Below are positions 37,483 through 45,791 of a DNA stretch of 58,705 nucleotides, piece by piece. The notes below the pieces were generated by a model that worked only from the letters and a program-made list of their open reading frames with translations, was not told where the DNA came from and searched no databases. The stretch is from an uncultured Candidatus Saccharibacteria bacterium. Its GTDB lineage: Bacteria; Patescibacteriota; Dojkabacteria; SC72. How positions within the stretch are numbered: position 1 is the stretch's first letter; every line of letters starts with the position of its first letter. The stretch spans positions 1 to 58,705 of the forward strand of contig CAZVQY010000001.1 of assembly GCA_964629715.1 (NCBI GenBank), written 5' to 3'. The translations under genes and the position numbers were made by a program.

Positions 37483-38387
37483 CGAGCAGGTATATTTTTA
37501 ATTAAGGTTCTTAGCTTAGCAGAAGCGGAGCGAGGATTTGAGATTCTCTCTTCATCGGTTGGGGCAATGTATTTTGAAAAAAGCAAATTCCCCTCCCCGC
37601 TTCTCGATTTTTCTAAATTAAAGTTTTTAACGATGCGATCTTCTAGTGAATGGAAAGTGATTACGGATAGCCTCCCATTCTTGTTTAAGAGCTCAAAAGA
37701 CTTCTCTAGGGCTGATTGTAAGCTTCCTAGTTCATCATTTACCACGATTCGCAGGGCCTGAAAGACCCTGCGAGAAGGGTTCTTGTTAGTAGATTTATCT
37801 GCAGCCGGTACTGCCTTATAGATAAGTCTTGTAAGATCTCCAACTGTATTAATATTAGAAATGTTTTTCTTGATACTCCTGGCTATTTTTTGAGAATAGC
37901 GTTCTTCTCCATATTTGTGGAATATCTTGGCAAGTTCTCTCTCTGAAAGGACTGTAAGGAGGTCTTTTGCAGTTACTCCTAGTGTCTCATCCATTCTCAT
38001 ATCTAGAGTTTCGTTACTCTCAAGGTAGCTAAAACCTCTATTATGTGATTCCTCTAATTGTCTCGAGGAAAGCCCAATATCGAGTAATATGCCATCTGGA
38101 CTTCTATTGATTTGAATATCGCTTATCACTTTGTCAATCTTTGAGAAATTTGACTTTGTAATTATCCAGTTCTCACTTTTTGATTCTTTGTAATAATCCT
38201 TAACAAAATCAATTGCATATTGATCTTGGTCTATGCTTAGTAGCAATCCTTTAGTAGAAATTCTTTTGAGAATCTCAATGCTGTGTCCTCCATCTCCTAA
38301 AGTACCATCAATGTAGAAGCCATCGGGTTTAATTGATAGAGAGTCTATTGATTCATTGAGAAGTACTGGGACATGTATTTTATCCAT
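37479..38387 (-). CDS. rsmH: 16S rRNA (cytosine1402-N4)-methyltransferase RsmH (MraW)
   Basis: Motifs include HVPVLLNE, DGTLGDGGHS, LLDIGLSS and ITFHSLEDR. Confidence 0.93.
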   Translation of the reverse strand: MDKIHVPVLLNESIDSLSIKPDGFYIDGTLGDGGHSIEILKRISTKGLLLSIDQDQYAIDFVKDYYKESKSENWIITKSNFSKIDKVISDIQINRSPDGILLDIGLSSRQLEESHNRGFSYLESNETLDMRMDETLGVTAKDLLTVLSERELAKIFHKYGEERYSQKIARSIKKNISNINTVGDLTRLIYKAVPAADKSTNKNPSRRVFQALRIVVNDELGSLQSALEKSFELLNKNGRLSVITFHSLEDRIVKNFNLEKSRSGEGNLLFSKYIAPTDEERISNPRSASAKLRTLIKNIPAR

Positions 38388-38823
38388 TTGATTTATCTGA
38401 CATCTTACTTATCTCTTGAGCAATTTCATCTCCGTGTTTTTGTAAGTACTTAACCCTCTCTTGCCATTTTACGGAATCCCAAATCTCAATCCAGTTCCCA
38501 AGTCCAATGAATACAATCTCTTCTCCTAAACCAGCGTGGTTAAATAGAGCTTGGGGGATAACGAATCTTCCTTGATTGTCCATTTCTATCTCCTTTGCAC
38601 TTCCTACTAAGAATCTACTTGTATCTCTAATATTTTTATTTGTAAAAGAGCCATTCATTACATCTTTTGCAACATTCTCCCACATTTTCTTGTTTACAAG
38701 AATTAGGGCTTCTTCGTAACCTCTGGTGAGAATTAAATCTTCACCAATCTCTTCCCTAAACCTTGCAGGAAGTGATACTCTTTTCTTTTCTCCTACTCTA
38801 CTTCTGTATTCTCCAATTATCAT
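38380..38823 (-). CDS. mraZ: transcriptional regulator MraZ
   Basis: Two SpoVT/AbrB-like halves are present (KKRVSLPARFRE and DNQGRFVIPQAL). It is the first gene of the dcw block. Confidence 0.9.
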   Translation of the reverse strand: MIIGEYRSRVGEKKRVSLPARFREEIGEDLILTRGYEEALILVNKKMWENVAKDVMNGSFTNKNIRDTSRFLVGSAKEIEMDNQGRFVIPQALFNHAGLGEEIVFIGLGNWIEIWDSVKWQERVKYLQKHGDEIAQEISKMSDKSNG

Positions 38824-38845
38824 ATTTGAACTATATCATGATTCA

Positions 38846-38870
38846 CCACTATTTACCACTTCTTGCCACT
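38846..38870 (-). promoter_or_regulatory. putative MraZ operator: three AGTGG direct repeats at exact 10-nt spacing
   Basis: The minus strand reads AGTGGcaagaAGTGGtaaatAGTGG. On the plus strand this is ccact at 38846-50, 38856-60 and 38866-70. The array ends 22 nt upstream of the mraZ ATG. Confidence 0.6.
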
Positions 38871-39082
38871 AATATAGCCTGTATATGAAATGGGTGTCAA
38901 GAGAAAAACATTACAGGCTTGAATATAATACTCTAGGCTCCTAACTTCTGTTGAGGTATCAGAATAATAATTAATACAATTATATTTGAACCTTCTCCCA
39001 AACAGTCCGATAGGTATTAATTCTAAAGTCTCCACTCTTGCATTGGGGGATATTAAATTCTATATTAAATATAGATAAACTA

Positions 39083-40474
39083 ATGTACTCGTATATGAAA
39101 AAATATTTAAAGGATATAAAAGAAAGATTTCCTGAATTTAAGTTTAGGAATTATGATGAAGAGGCTTCATTTGAAGGATTCTGCTATGACTCCCGAGATG
39201 TTAGTACTGGAGATTTATATATCCCAATTGTTGGAGAGAGATTTGATGGTCATGAATTTATCATTCCTGCTCTTGAGAATGGGTGTTCCATCAGCCTTTG
39301 TGAAAGTACAAAAATTTTCTTTAGCGATGGGGCAAATAAGCCAATTATTCTTGTTGACTCAATTGAGGAAGGATTGATGAAAATCCTGAACTTCTCTATT
39401 GGGTATATCAAGAAGCCTGTTGTAGCGATAACAGGGAGTACAGGGAAAAGTACAACCAGAGCTATGATTACTCATATTGTTCAAGATCATCTAAAGGTGC
39501 TTTCGTCTAGTAAGTACAATACTGTGTGGGGTAACGCAAGATTATTAGGACAATATAACGATGAAGATGTAATAGTATTAGAGTGTGGTATGGACAGAAT
39601 TGGTGAGATTTCGTGGCATGTAAATTCCGTAGATCCAGATATTGGAGTTTTACTTAATGTATGCGATGTTCATGCAGGAAAAGTTGGAGGAATTGGGAGG
39701 GTATTTAATGAGAAGAAAGATCTTGCTGACTATATGGAACGAACAGGTAAACCGCTAGTTTTGAATATTGACGACGAAAGATTGAAATATATTGCAGGTA
39801 ACTATAATAAGGATTCTGAGCTAATTACATATGGAAAGAATCCTGAAGCTACTTTTGTGATTAGTGATATTGTTGTAGACCATGGTGGAACTCATTTCAA
39901 ATTCACTTATTATGATGCAAATGTTATTTCTGTGGATTTATCTGTGTATGGGAAGGGTTTTGCTTACGATGCGATGGCCTCAATTATTGTTGCAAATGAG
40001 TTAGGATTAAGTATAGATACTTGTGTGAAAGCCCTTGCTGATTACGGTAATCAGGAGGCAAGATTTCAAGTTTTGGAATATGGTGATTTAGTAATCGTAA
40101 ACGATGGATATAATGCAAATCCAATATCTATGAAGATGGCTTTAGAGACTTTTGCGACATTGTATCTTAAGGATTACTATACGATCGCAATACTTGGTGA
40201 TATGAGAGAATTGGGTGAGGCCTCAGAGAAAAATCACAGGGATATCGCTGGAATAATAACGGGGTATCAATTTAATGAGGTCTATTCAATTGGTGATTTA
40301 TGGGGAGATTGTAATATTGGTGAGAATGTTGATTCTGCCGATGAGATTGCGGCTTTGTTAAATGCCAAACTCCAAGGATTGAAGGGAAGGAAAGTTGCGG
40401 TATTACTCAAAGGAAGTCATATCCATGGATTATATCAGATTCCAGATTTCCTAAAAAAGTTGGGAGCAATTTAA
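39083..40474 (+). CDS. murF: UDP-N-acetylmuramoyl-tripeptide--D-alanyl-D-alanine ligase MurF
   Basis: Motifs include DSRDVSTGDLYIPIVGERFDGHEFI, the P-loop ITGSTGKSTT and DGYNANP. The start is uncertain: ATG 39083, ATG 39095 or the track TTG 39038. Confidence 0.88.
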   Translation: MYSYMKKYLKDIKERFPEFKFRNYDEEASFEGFCYDSRDVSTGDLYIPIVGERFDGHEFIIPALENGCSISLCESTKIFFSDGANKPIILVDSIEEGLMKILNFSIGYIKKPVVAITGSTGKSTTRAMITHIVQDHLKVLSSSKYNTVWGNARLLGQYNDEDVIVLECGMDRIGEISWHVNSVDPDIGVLLNVCDVHAGKVGGIGRVFNEKKDLADYMERTGKPLVLNIDDERLKYIAGNYNKDSELITYGKNPEATFVISDIVVDHGGTHFKFTYYDANVISVDLSVYGKGFAYDAMASIIVANELGLSIDTCVKALADYGNQEARFQVLEYGDLVIVNDGYNANPISMKMALETFATLYLKDYYTIAILGDMRELGEASEKNHRDIAGIITGYQFNEVYSIGDLWGDCNIGENVDSADEIAALLNAKLQGLKGRKVAVLLKGSHIHGLYQIPDFLKKLGAI

Positions 40475-41763
40475 TCTTGCCATGAAATATCAGCCCCGAG
40501 TTTTCGTAGATTCTCAACAAAGTTCGGATGTGCTCTTTTAATAGGGTCTGCATCTTTTATGATGCTCTCCCCTTCTATTGTTAGGGCTACCATCATTAAT
40601 GCTACTGTTGCTCTAATAATATTGGGACTGTCTACGGTAGCTGGTTTAAGAGGCTTGTTTCCAAATACAATTATTCTAAATGGATCGCACATTACAATAT
40701 GTGCTCCAAACTTAATCATTTCTGGAATCCAGAGGTGCCCTCCTTCGTACAGTTTGTTCCAGAACAAAATATCTCCTTCAGACTTCACAGCTAGGGCAAT
40801 CATCAGGGGCATTAAATCTACTGGAAAATATGGCCATGGAGCTGCTTCAATTTTTTGCAATAAATTTTTTGTATATGGTGCCTTAATTTTTAACTTCCTT
40901 GACGATTCTACGATAGCTGTATTCCCTTCGTATTTTATATCAATCCCAAATTTGTTAAATGCTTTAATAATTAAGGGAAAGTGCTCTGGTTCTGCATCTT
41001 TGACCCTAACCTCTCCTCCTGTCATTGCTCCAAGGGCGAGAAGTGTTGCAATTTCATGATGATCTGAGGAAATTGTAAAGTCTGTTCCGTGCAACTCTTT
41101 TACTCCAGTTATCTTAAGAGTCGAAGATCCTATCCCCTTAATATTCGCTCCCATGGAAACAAGGAATTCACATAAATCTTGAACATGAGGTTCAGAAGCT
41201 GCATTTACCATTGTGGATTCTCCTTCTGCTTTAGCTGCAGCCATTGCAAAATTCTCTGTTGTTGTTACGCTCATATAATCCTGCCAGAGGAAACCTCCTT
41301 TTAACCCTTTACTCACATCAATCTGTAACACATCTCCATCCTTTATTGTTGCACCAAGTCCTTGAAGAACTTCAATATGCGGATCAAGTTCTCGAATTCC
41401 AAGTGCGCATCCACCAATCTCCTTTTTTACCTCTATTTTACTCATCCTTGTAACTGATGGTCCTAACAATAATACTGCTCCTCTCATTCCCATTGGAAAA
41501 CCATCCTCCCCAAGCTCATTCTTAAATTTAGAGTTGTTAATCCTTAATATCTTTTTCTCTTTATCCCATTTAATTTCTGACCCTAGGGAGGTCATTAATT
41601 CAATTAGCTTGTTAACATCGGTTAAATCTGGGAAGTTTCTAATTGTAACATCTTCGTTTGTAAGCAATGAGGCACAAAGAACCGGAAGTGCAGAATTCTT
41701 ATTTCCTGCTGGAGTAATTTCTCCACTTAAAACATTTCCTCCACGAACAATTAAATTTGACAT
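40471..41763 (-). CDS. murA: UDP-N-acetylglucosamine 1-carboxyvinyltransferase MurA
   Basis: Motifs include LSGEITPAGNKNSALPVLCASLL, the active-site Cys context IGGCALGIRELDPHIE and the C-terminal DRAHPNFVENLRKLGA. Confidence 0.92.
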   Translation of the reverse strand: MSNLIVRGGNVLSGEITPAGNKNSALPVLCASLLTNEDVTIRNFPDLTDVNKLIELMTSLGSEIKWDKEKKILRINNSKFKNELGEDGFPMGMRGAVLLLGPSVTRMSKIEVKKEIGGCALGIRELDPHIEVLQGLGATIKDGDVLQIDVSKGLKGGFLWQDYMSVTTTENFAMAAAKAEGESTMVNAASEPHVQDLCEFLVSMGANIKGIGSSTLKITGVKELHGTDFTISSDHHEIATLLALGAMTGGEVRVKDAEPEHFPLIIKAFNKFGIDIKYEGNTAIVESSRKLKIKAPYTKNLLQKIEAAPWPYFPVDLMPLMIALAVKSEGDILFWNKLYEGGHLWIPEMIKFGAHIVMCDPFRIIVFGNKPLKPATVDSPNIIRATVALMMVALTIEGESIIKDADPIKRAHPNFVENLRKLGADISWQD

Positions 41764-41767
41764 ATTA

Positions 41768-42955
41768 TTAATCGCTAAAATTAATATTATTTACAATTTT
41801 CTCTGCGGCATTTGGAATAAATATTTTCATCCTCTTCTTCTCATTGATAAATCTCTGCTCTTGAGCAAAAAGATTTGCTGTCATTACTAATTTCTCAGGA
41901 GTAAGTTCCCCTTCCCTTATTATTCTAGCAAGACCTACATCTCTCAATACTTCGGCATTTCTCATCTGCTCATTGTGAGTAACCCATGGGATCGGTATTA
42001 GTATTGAAGGTATGCTCATTAAACCCATTTCATATACTGTATTTGCACCTGCCCTACCTATAAAGAAATTTACATTATTAAATACACATCCAATCTCATT
42101 ATCCTGAACATATTTTGTAATAAATATTCTCTCTTGCAATTCCGGTTCTAGTTTTTCCTTTGCCAAATTCAATATATTGAAATCATTAGTAATTTTGCTT
42201 GCTCCAGTTTGTACAATTAATTGAAAATCTTGTAAAAGGTTTATCATTGAATTCTTAATAACTCCATTAATCACTTGAGAACCTAAACTTCCTCCTGAGA
42301 TATAGATGATGGGATATTCCTCCTGTTGCTCTATCATCCTTTTTAAATGTTCGACTAGTTCCCCTTTCCCCGAATTTTGGAATATCTCCTTTCGTACGGG
42401 ATTCCCTGTTAAAATAGTTTTTTCTTTTGGGAAATACTCCTCAGAAAGTGGATATGCGATAAGGATTCTTTCTGCATATTTGCCTACGATTCTGTTAGCA
42501 AGTCCAACTGCAGCTGTTTGTTCGTGTAGATATATCTTTGCTTTGAAAAAGAACTTTCCAACTAAGCAAACTGGTACTGTTACATAACCCCCAGTTGAAA
42601 TTATGATATTTGGTTTGTACTTTTTTAGGATATTGTATGAATCAATAAATCCCAACAATGTCCGAAATAATAAAAATATCCGCCTAAAACTAAATCTCCT
42701 CTGTAATTTCCCACCACGAATATATTTTTGGTTTATTTTCTCCTCCCTCATAACTCTCATATCAAGTGAAGAGCCAGGCTTCTCGCCATCCATTCCCAAA
42801 TCACTTCCAATGTATAGGAGATTGTCACTAGTAATCCTATATCGTAGCATTATCTCATCAATAATTGCTTTTGCAGAAGATATATGACCTCCTGAACCAC
42901 CCCCAGTAATTACAACTTTCTTTCTTAATTCAGTTCTATTATTTTCTGTTTTCAT
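41768..42955 (-). CDS. murG: undecaprenyl-PP-MurNAc-pentapeptide GlcNAc transferase MurG
   Basis: The N-terminal G-loop is TGGGSGGHISSA and the C-terminal half reads GRAGANTVYEMGLMSIPSILIP. It lies between ftsW and murA. Confidence 0.85.
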   Translation of the reverse strand: MKTENNRTELRKKVVITGGGSGGHISSAKAIIDEIMLRYRITSDNLLYIGSDLGMDGEKPGSSLDMRVMREEKINQKYIRGGKLQRRFSFRRIFLLFRTLLGFIDSYNILKKYKPNIIISTGGYVTVPVCLVGKFFFKAKIYLHEQTAAVGLANRIVGKYAERILIAYPLSEEYFPKEKTILTGNPVRKEIFQNSGKGELVEHLKRMIEQQEEYPIIYISGGSLGSQVINGVIKNSMINLLQDFQLIVQTGASKITNDFNILNLAKEKLEPELQERIFITKYVQDNEIGCVFNNVNFFIGRAGANTVYEMGLMSIPSILIPIPWVTHNEQMRNAEVLRDVGLARIIREGELTPEKLVMTANLFAQEQRFINEKKRMKIFIPNAAEKIVNNINFSD

Positions 42956-44135
42956 TGGTAGAATATTTACTTATATTTAATAGTATACCAATTCCTATTA
43001 GTGTAACGATAGTACTCGAGCCCCCATAGCTAAGAAGGGGTGCAGGAATTCCAGTAAGTGGTATGAGCCCAACATTTGCCGCCATGTTTAGAAGTGCTTG
43101 AATTGTGAGCCAGGTTGATATCCCAGTTGCAAGTAATCTCCCTGCCTTATCGGGAGCATTAAAAGCAACCCTCATACCTCTGAAAAAGAAAAGGACCCAT
43201 GCAATTACAAGGATAAATCCCCCAAGAAATCCTAATTCTTCTAAAATTACTGCATAAATTGAATCTGTAAATGCTGTATTCTCAACTAAATATCCGAATC
43301 TTTGTCTTGATTGTCCGAACCCTTTTCCAAAGAATCCCCCTGAACCTATTCCAATTAATATTTGATACATTTGGTAATCGCTCCCTCTTGGATCTGCAAC
43401 CTCTCCATTAAGAAGTAGATGCAAGTATGTCTTAATCCTTTGAATTCTATAAGGCTCAAGAATTGCTGCAATAAGACCTATTGGGATGAAAAGCAATAAA
43501 GTAAATAGTGAATATTTTGTATGTTGTTTGTTATCTTTTGCCACAAAAAACATTGCAAAAGCCGTAATTACAATTACTGCTGTTGTACCCAAATCTGGCT
43601 CTAAGACTACTAATACTGCAATTACTCCAATAACAGTTAAAAAACTAAAGAGTGTTTTAATAAAATTTCCCTTCAAGACGACATTTGTTTCATCCTTGAA
43701 ATAGGAGACTTTTGACATCCAGCTTGAGAGATAGAGAATTACAGCTAGCTTGGCGAACTCTGCAGGTTGTATTGGAGGAAGGCCTCCGAATGAGAACCAT
43801 CTTTTGGCACCATTTATATCTTCTCCCACGAATAATACCAACGCTAATAATATAATTACAACGATTAATATAGGTAATGATAGTTTGAGGAATTTTCTGT
43901 AGTCCCAGAAATATATTGTTGTGGCAGCTATTCCTCCAAACATCAGCCAAACTAGTTGAGATTTTAAGAAGTAGAAGGAGTCACCAAAAGACTCACTTGC
44001 TTTATATACACTTGCATCAAAAATCATGAAAGCACCAAATATTGCGATTAAAAGTGTAAATGTAAGTATTGCCCTATCTGGAAAATATTTTGTTCGGCTC
44101 TTACTCTTTTTTGGTTTTTTGAGCATTCTAGACAT
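42939..44135 (-). CDS. ftsW: SEDS-family peptidoglycan polymerase FtsW/RodA
   Basis: It is polytopic. SEDS motifs are QPAEFAKL, GSGGFFGKGFGQS and TDSIYAVILEELGFLGG. Confidence 0.88.
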   Translation of the reverse strand: MSRMLKKPKKSKSRTKYFPDRAILTFTLLIAIFGAFMIFDASVYKASESFGDSFYFLKSQLVWLMFGGIAATTIYFWDYRKFLKLSLPILIVVIILLALVLFVGEDINGAKRWFSFGGLPPIQPAEFAKLAVILYLSSWMSKVSYFKDETNVVLKGNFIKTLFSFLTVIGVIAVLVVLEPDLGTTAVIVITAFAMFFVAKDNKQHTKYSLFTLLLFIPIGLIAAILEPYRIQRIKTYLHLLLNGEVADPRGSDYQMYQILIGIGSGGFFGKGFGQSRQRFGYLVENTAFTDSIYAVILEELGFLGGFILVIAWVLFFFRGMRVAFNAPDKAGRLLATGISTWLTIQALLNMAANVGLIPLTGIPAPLLSYGGSSTIVTLIGIGILLNISKYSTNENRK

Positions 44136-44171
44136 ATGCTAGCTATTAATATACTATATATAATCATTAAT

Positions 44172-44762
44172 ATGAAGAATCTATTATTTGTTATTGGAGG
44201 TCCAGGTAGTAGTGGTGCATCCACAATTGCTAAAATGTTAGCGCAACATTTCAATCTTGAGAGAGTATATTCAGGAGGGATATTTAGGGATATTGTGGCA
44301 TCTCAGGGGTATAGAACACTAGATGATTTCTATATTCAGAATAAAAATTGCAAGGAGAAGTTTTTTGAGATTGATAGGAAAGTAGATTCTTTCATGCTTG
44401 AGCGGGCAAAAAGAGGAGATGCTGTTTTGGATTCTAAAGCCTTTGCAGCATTGGCAACAATAAATAAAATAAAATGTACTGCAAAGATTTGGTTAGATGC
44501 GGATATTGATACTCGGATAAAAAGATTTTTGGAAAAGCAGGAGAGGATGAATTTGTTGAACGGAGTATCCAAGTATATTAAAACATTTTTTGATTTAACT
44601 AGGAGGAGAAGGAATGATGGGAGGCGATATAATGAGTTGTATGGTATAGACTATGGAAGACAGGATTTGTATAATGATATTGTGATAGATACGAGTGATC
44701 TAAATGTTAAAGAGACATTTGATTTAATTTTATCTAAACTAAATGATGGAGGGTATATCTAA
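44172..44762 (+). CDS. P-loop nucleotide kinase, archaeal-type cytidylate kinase-like
   Basis: Motifs include the P-loop IGGPGSSGAST, GGIFRD and the C-terminal RRYNELYGIDY..YNDIVIDTS. The start is taken at ATG 44172. Confidence 0.7.
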   Translation: MKNLLFVIGGPGSSGASTIAKMLAQHFNLERVYSGGIFRDIVASQGYRTLDDFYIQNKNCKEKFFEIDRKVDSFMLERAKRGDAVLDSKAFAALATINKIKCTAKIWLDADIDTRIKRFLEKQERMNLLNGVSKYIKTFFDLTRRRRNDGRRYNELYGIDYGRQDLYNDIVIDTSDLNVKETFDLILSKLNDGGYI

Positions 44763-44976
44763 GAATAACCAAAATATTCAAACTCCACCTACCCCACCCA
44801 ATGCTCCTATTCAATTCACGAAAAGGAGTCCAAACCCGATAGCTGAAGACTTGGACAGTATGTGGTTAAGGTGGAAATGTTTAGTTTGTGGGTATCTCTA
44901 CGAGGGGGCTACACCCCTTAAGATTTGTCCAAGATGTGGTAATAGCAATCCAGATAAATTTGATGATGTCGAGTAA
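44743..44976 (+). CDS. small rubredoxin-like zinc-ribbon protein (rubrerythrin C-terminal type)
   Basis: The motif WKCLVCGYLYEG..ICPRCGNSNPDKF contains two CxxC knuckles. The N-terminus is Pro-rich. The gene overlaps the kinase gene by 20 nt. An alternative start is ATG 44860. Confidence 0.6.
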   Translation: MMEGISKNNQNIQTPPTPPNAPIQFTKRSPNPIAEDLDSMWLRWKCLVCGYLYEGATPLKICPRCGNSNPDKFDDVE

Positions 44977-44978
44977 TT

Positions 44979-45590
44979 ATGAATAGAAAAAAGAAAATAG
45001 CTATTGGGCTTATTTCTTTGTTGTTTATGCTTTTAATATTAGTTGGTATGTATTTTTTCTCAGGAAGGGATAATAAGAAAGACGCAGATGTTGTGCCTAC
45101 TGAAGCGGTCAGATTTGCAAAAGAATATGAAGAGGTTCAAGAGGAAAACGTTTTTGTATATAGGGATATTCAGGAAATTCAAAAGATTTTTGAGAATGGT
45201 ACAGGTATTGTATATTTAGGTTTTCCAGAGTGCCCATGGTGTCAAAGATATGTAAGATACCTTAATGAAGTTGCAAAGGAAAAAGGGGTTGAGAAGATTT
45301 ATTATTTTAATGTTAAGAAAGACAGAGCGGATAATACTGAAGACTATCAGCATCTTGTTACAAAACTTGGGAAGAATCTTTCCTCTGATGATGAGGGGAA
45401 CCCTAGGATTTATGTACCAGATGTTTCTTTTATAGTTAGTGGGGAAGTTGTTGGGCATGACAATGAGACCTCAATGTCAAGTGGTTCTGTTGATGAATAT
45501 TGGACGGAAGAAAAAGTTGCGAAACTAAAGGGTCGTTTAAGAGTGTTTATTGATAATCTGGATTTGGCTAACTGTTCTACTTGTAAGTAG
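44979..45590 (+). CDS. membrane-anchored thioredoxin-fold protein (CPWC active site)
   Basis: An N-terminal TM helix is followed by VYLGFPECPWCQRY (CxxC) and a thioredoxin-like beta-alpha pattern. Confidence 0.7.
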   Translation: MNRKKKIAIGLISLLFMLLILVGMYFFSGRDNKKDADVVPTEAVRFAKEYEEVQEENVFVYRDIQEIQKIFENGTGIVYLGFPECPWCQRYVRYLNEVAKEKGVEKIYYFNVKKDRADNTEDYQHLVTKLGKNLSSDDEGNPRIYVPDVSFIVSGEVVGHDNETSMSSGSVDEYWTEEKVAKLKGRLRVFIDNLDLANCSTCK

Positions 45591-45595
45591 GACTA

Positions 45596-45679
45596 TGCAG
45601 GAAGAGGGAATCGAACCCTCACTCTATTTCTAGAACGGGATTTTAAGTCCCGCGCGTCTGCCTATTCCGCCATTCCTGC
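45596..45679 (-). tRNA. tRNA-Leu (anticodon TAA), long variable arm, no encoded CCA
   Basis: The reverse complement reads GCAGGAA..CGGGA-CTTAAAA-TCCCG-(long variable arm)-GAGGG-TTCGATT-CCCTC-TTCCTGC-A. Confidence 0.85.
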
Positions 45680-45718
45680 AATAGAGGTTTATTCTATCAA
45701 AAAAGACTTGGTAATATA

Positions 45719-45791
45719 AGGTGACGACGGGACTCGAACCCGTGGTAGTGGTTTTGCAGACCACGGCCTTAACCAGCTTGGCTACGTCACC
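45719..45791 (-). tRNA. tRNA-Cys (anticodon GCA), no encoded CCA
   Basis: The reverse complement reads GGTGACG..GTGGT-CTGCAAA-ACCAC-TACC-ACGGG-TTCGAGT-CCCGT-CGTCACC-T. The discriminator is U. The 5' end abuts the pyk stop codon. Confidence 0.85.

Noticed and set aside
38853-39035. A 60-aa ORF in the mraZ-murF intergenic region.
   Set aside because: It overlaps the MraZ-box and promoter region. It has no motif and no coupling to neighbours. It is more plausibly non-coding regulatory DNA.
40471-41763. Whether the EPSP-synthase-fold gene is aroA rather than murA.
   Set aside because: The N-terminal GNKNSALP motif, the GGCALG active-site Cys loop and the placement next to murG and ftsW all fit MurA.
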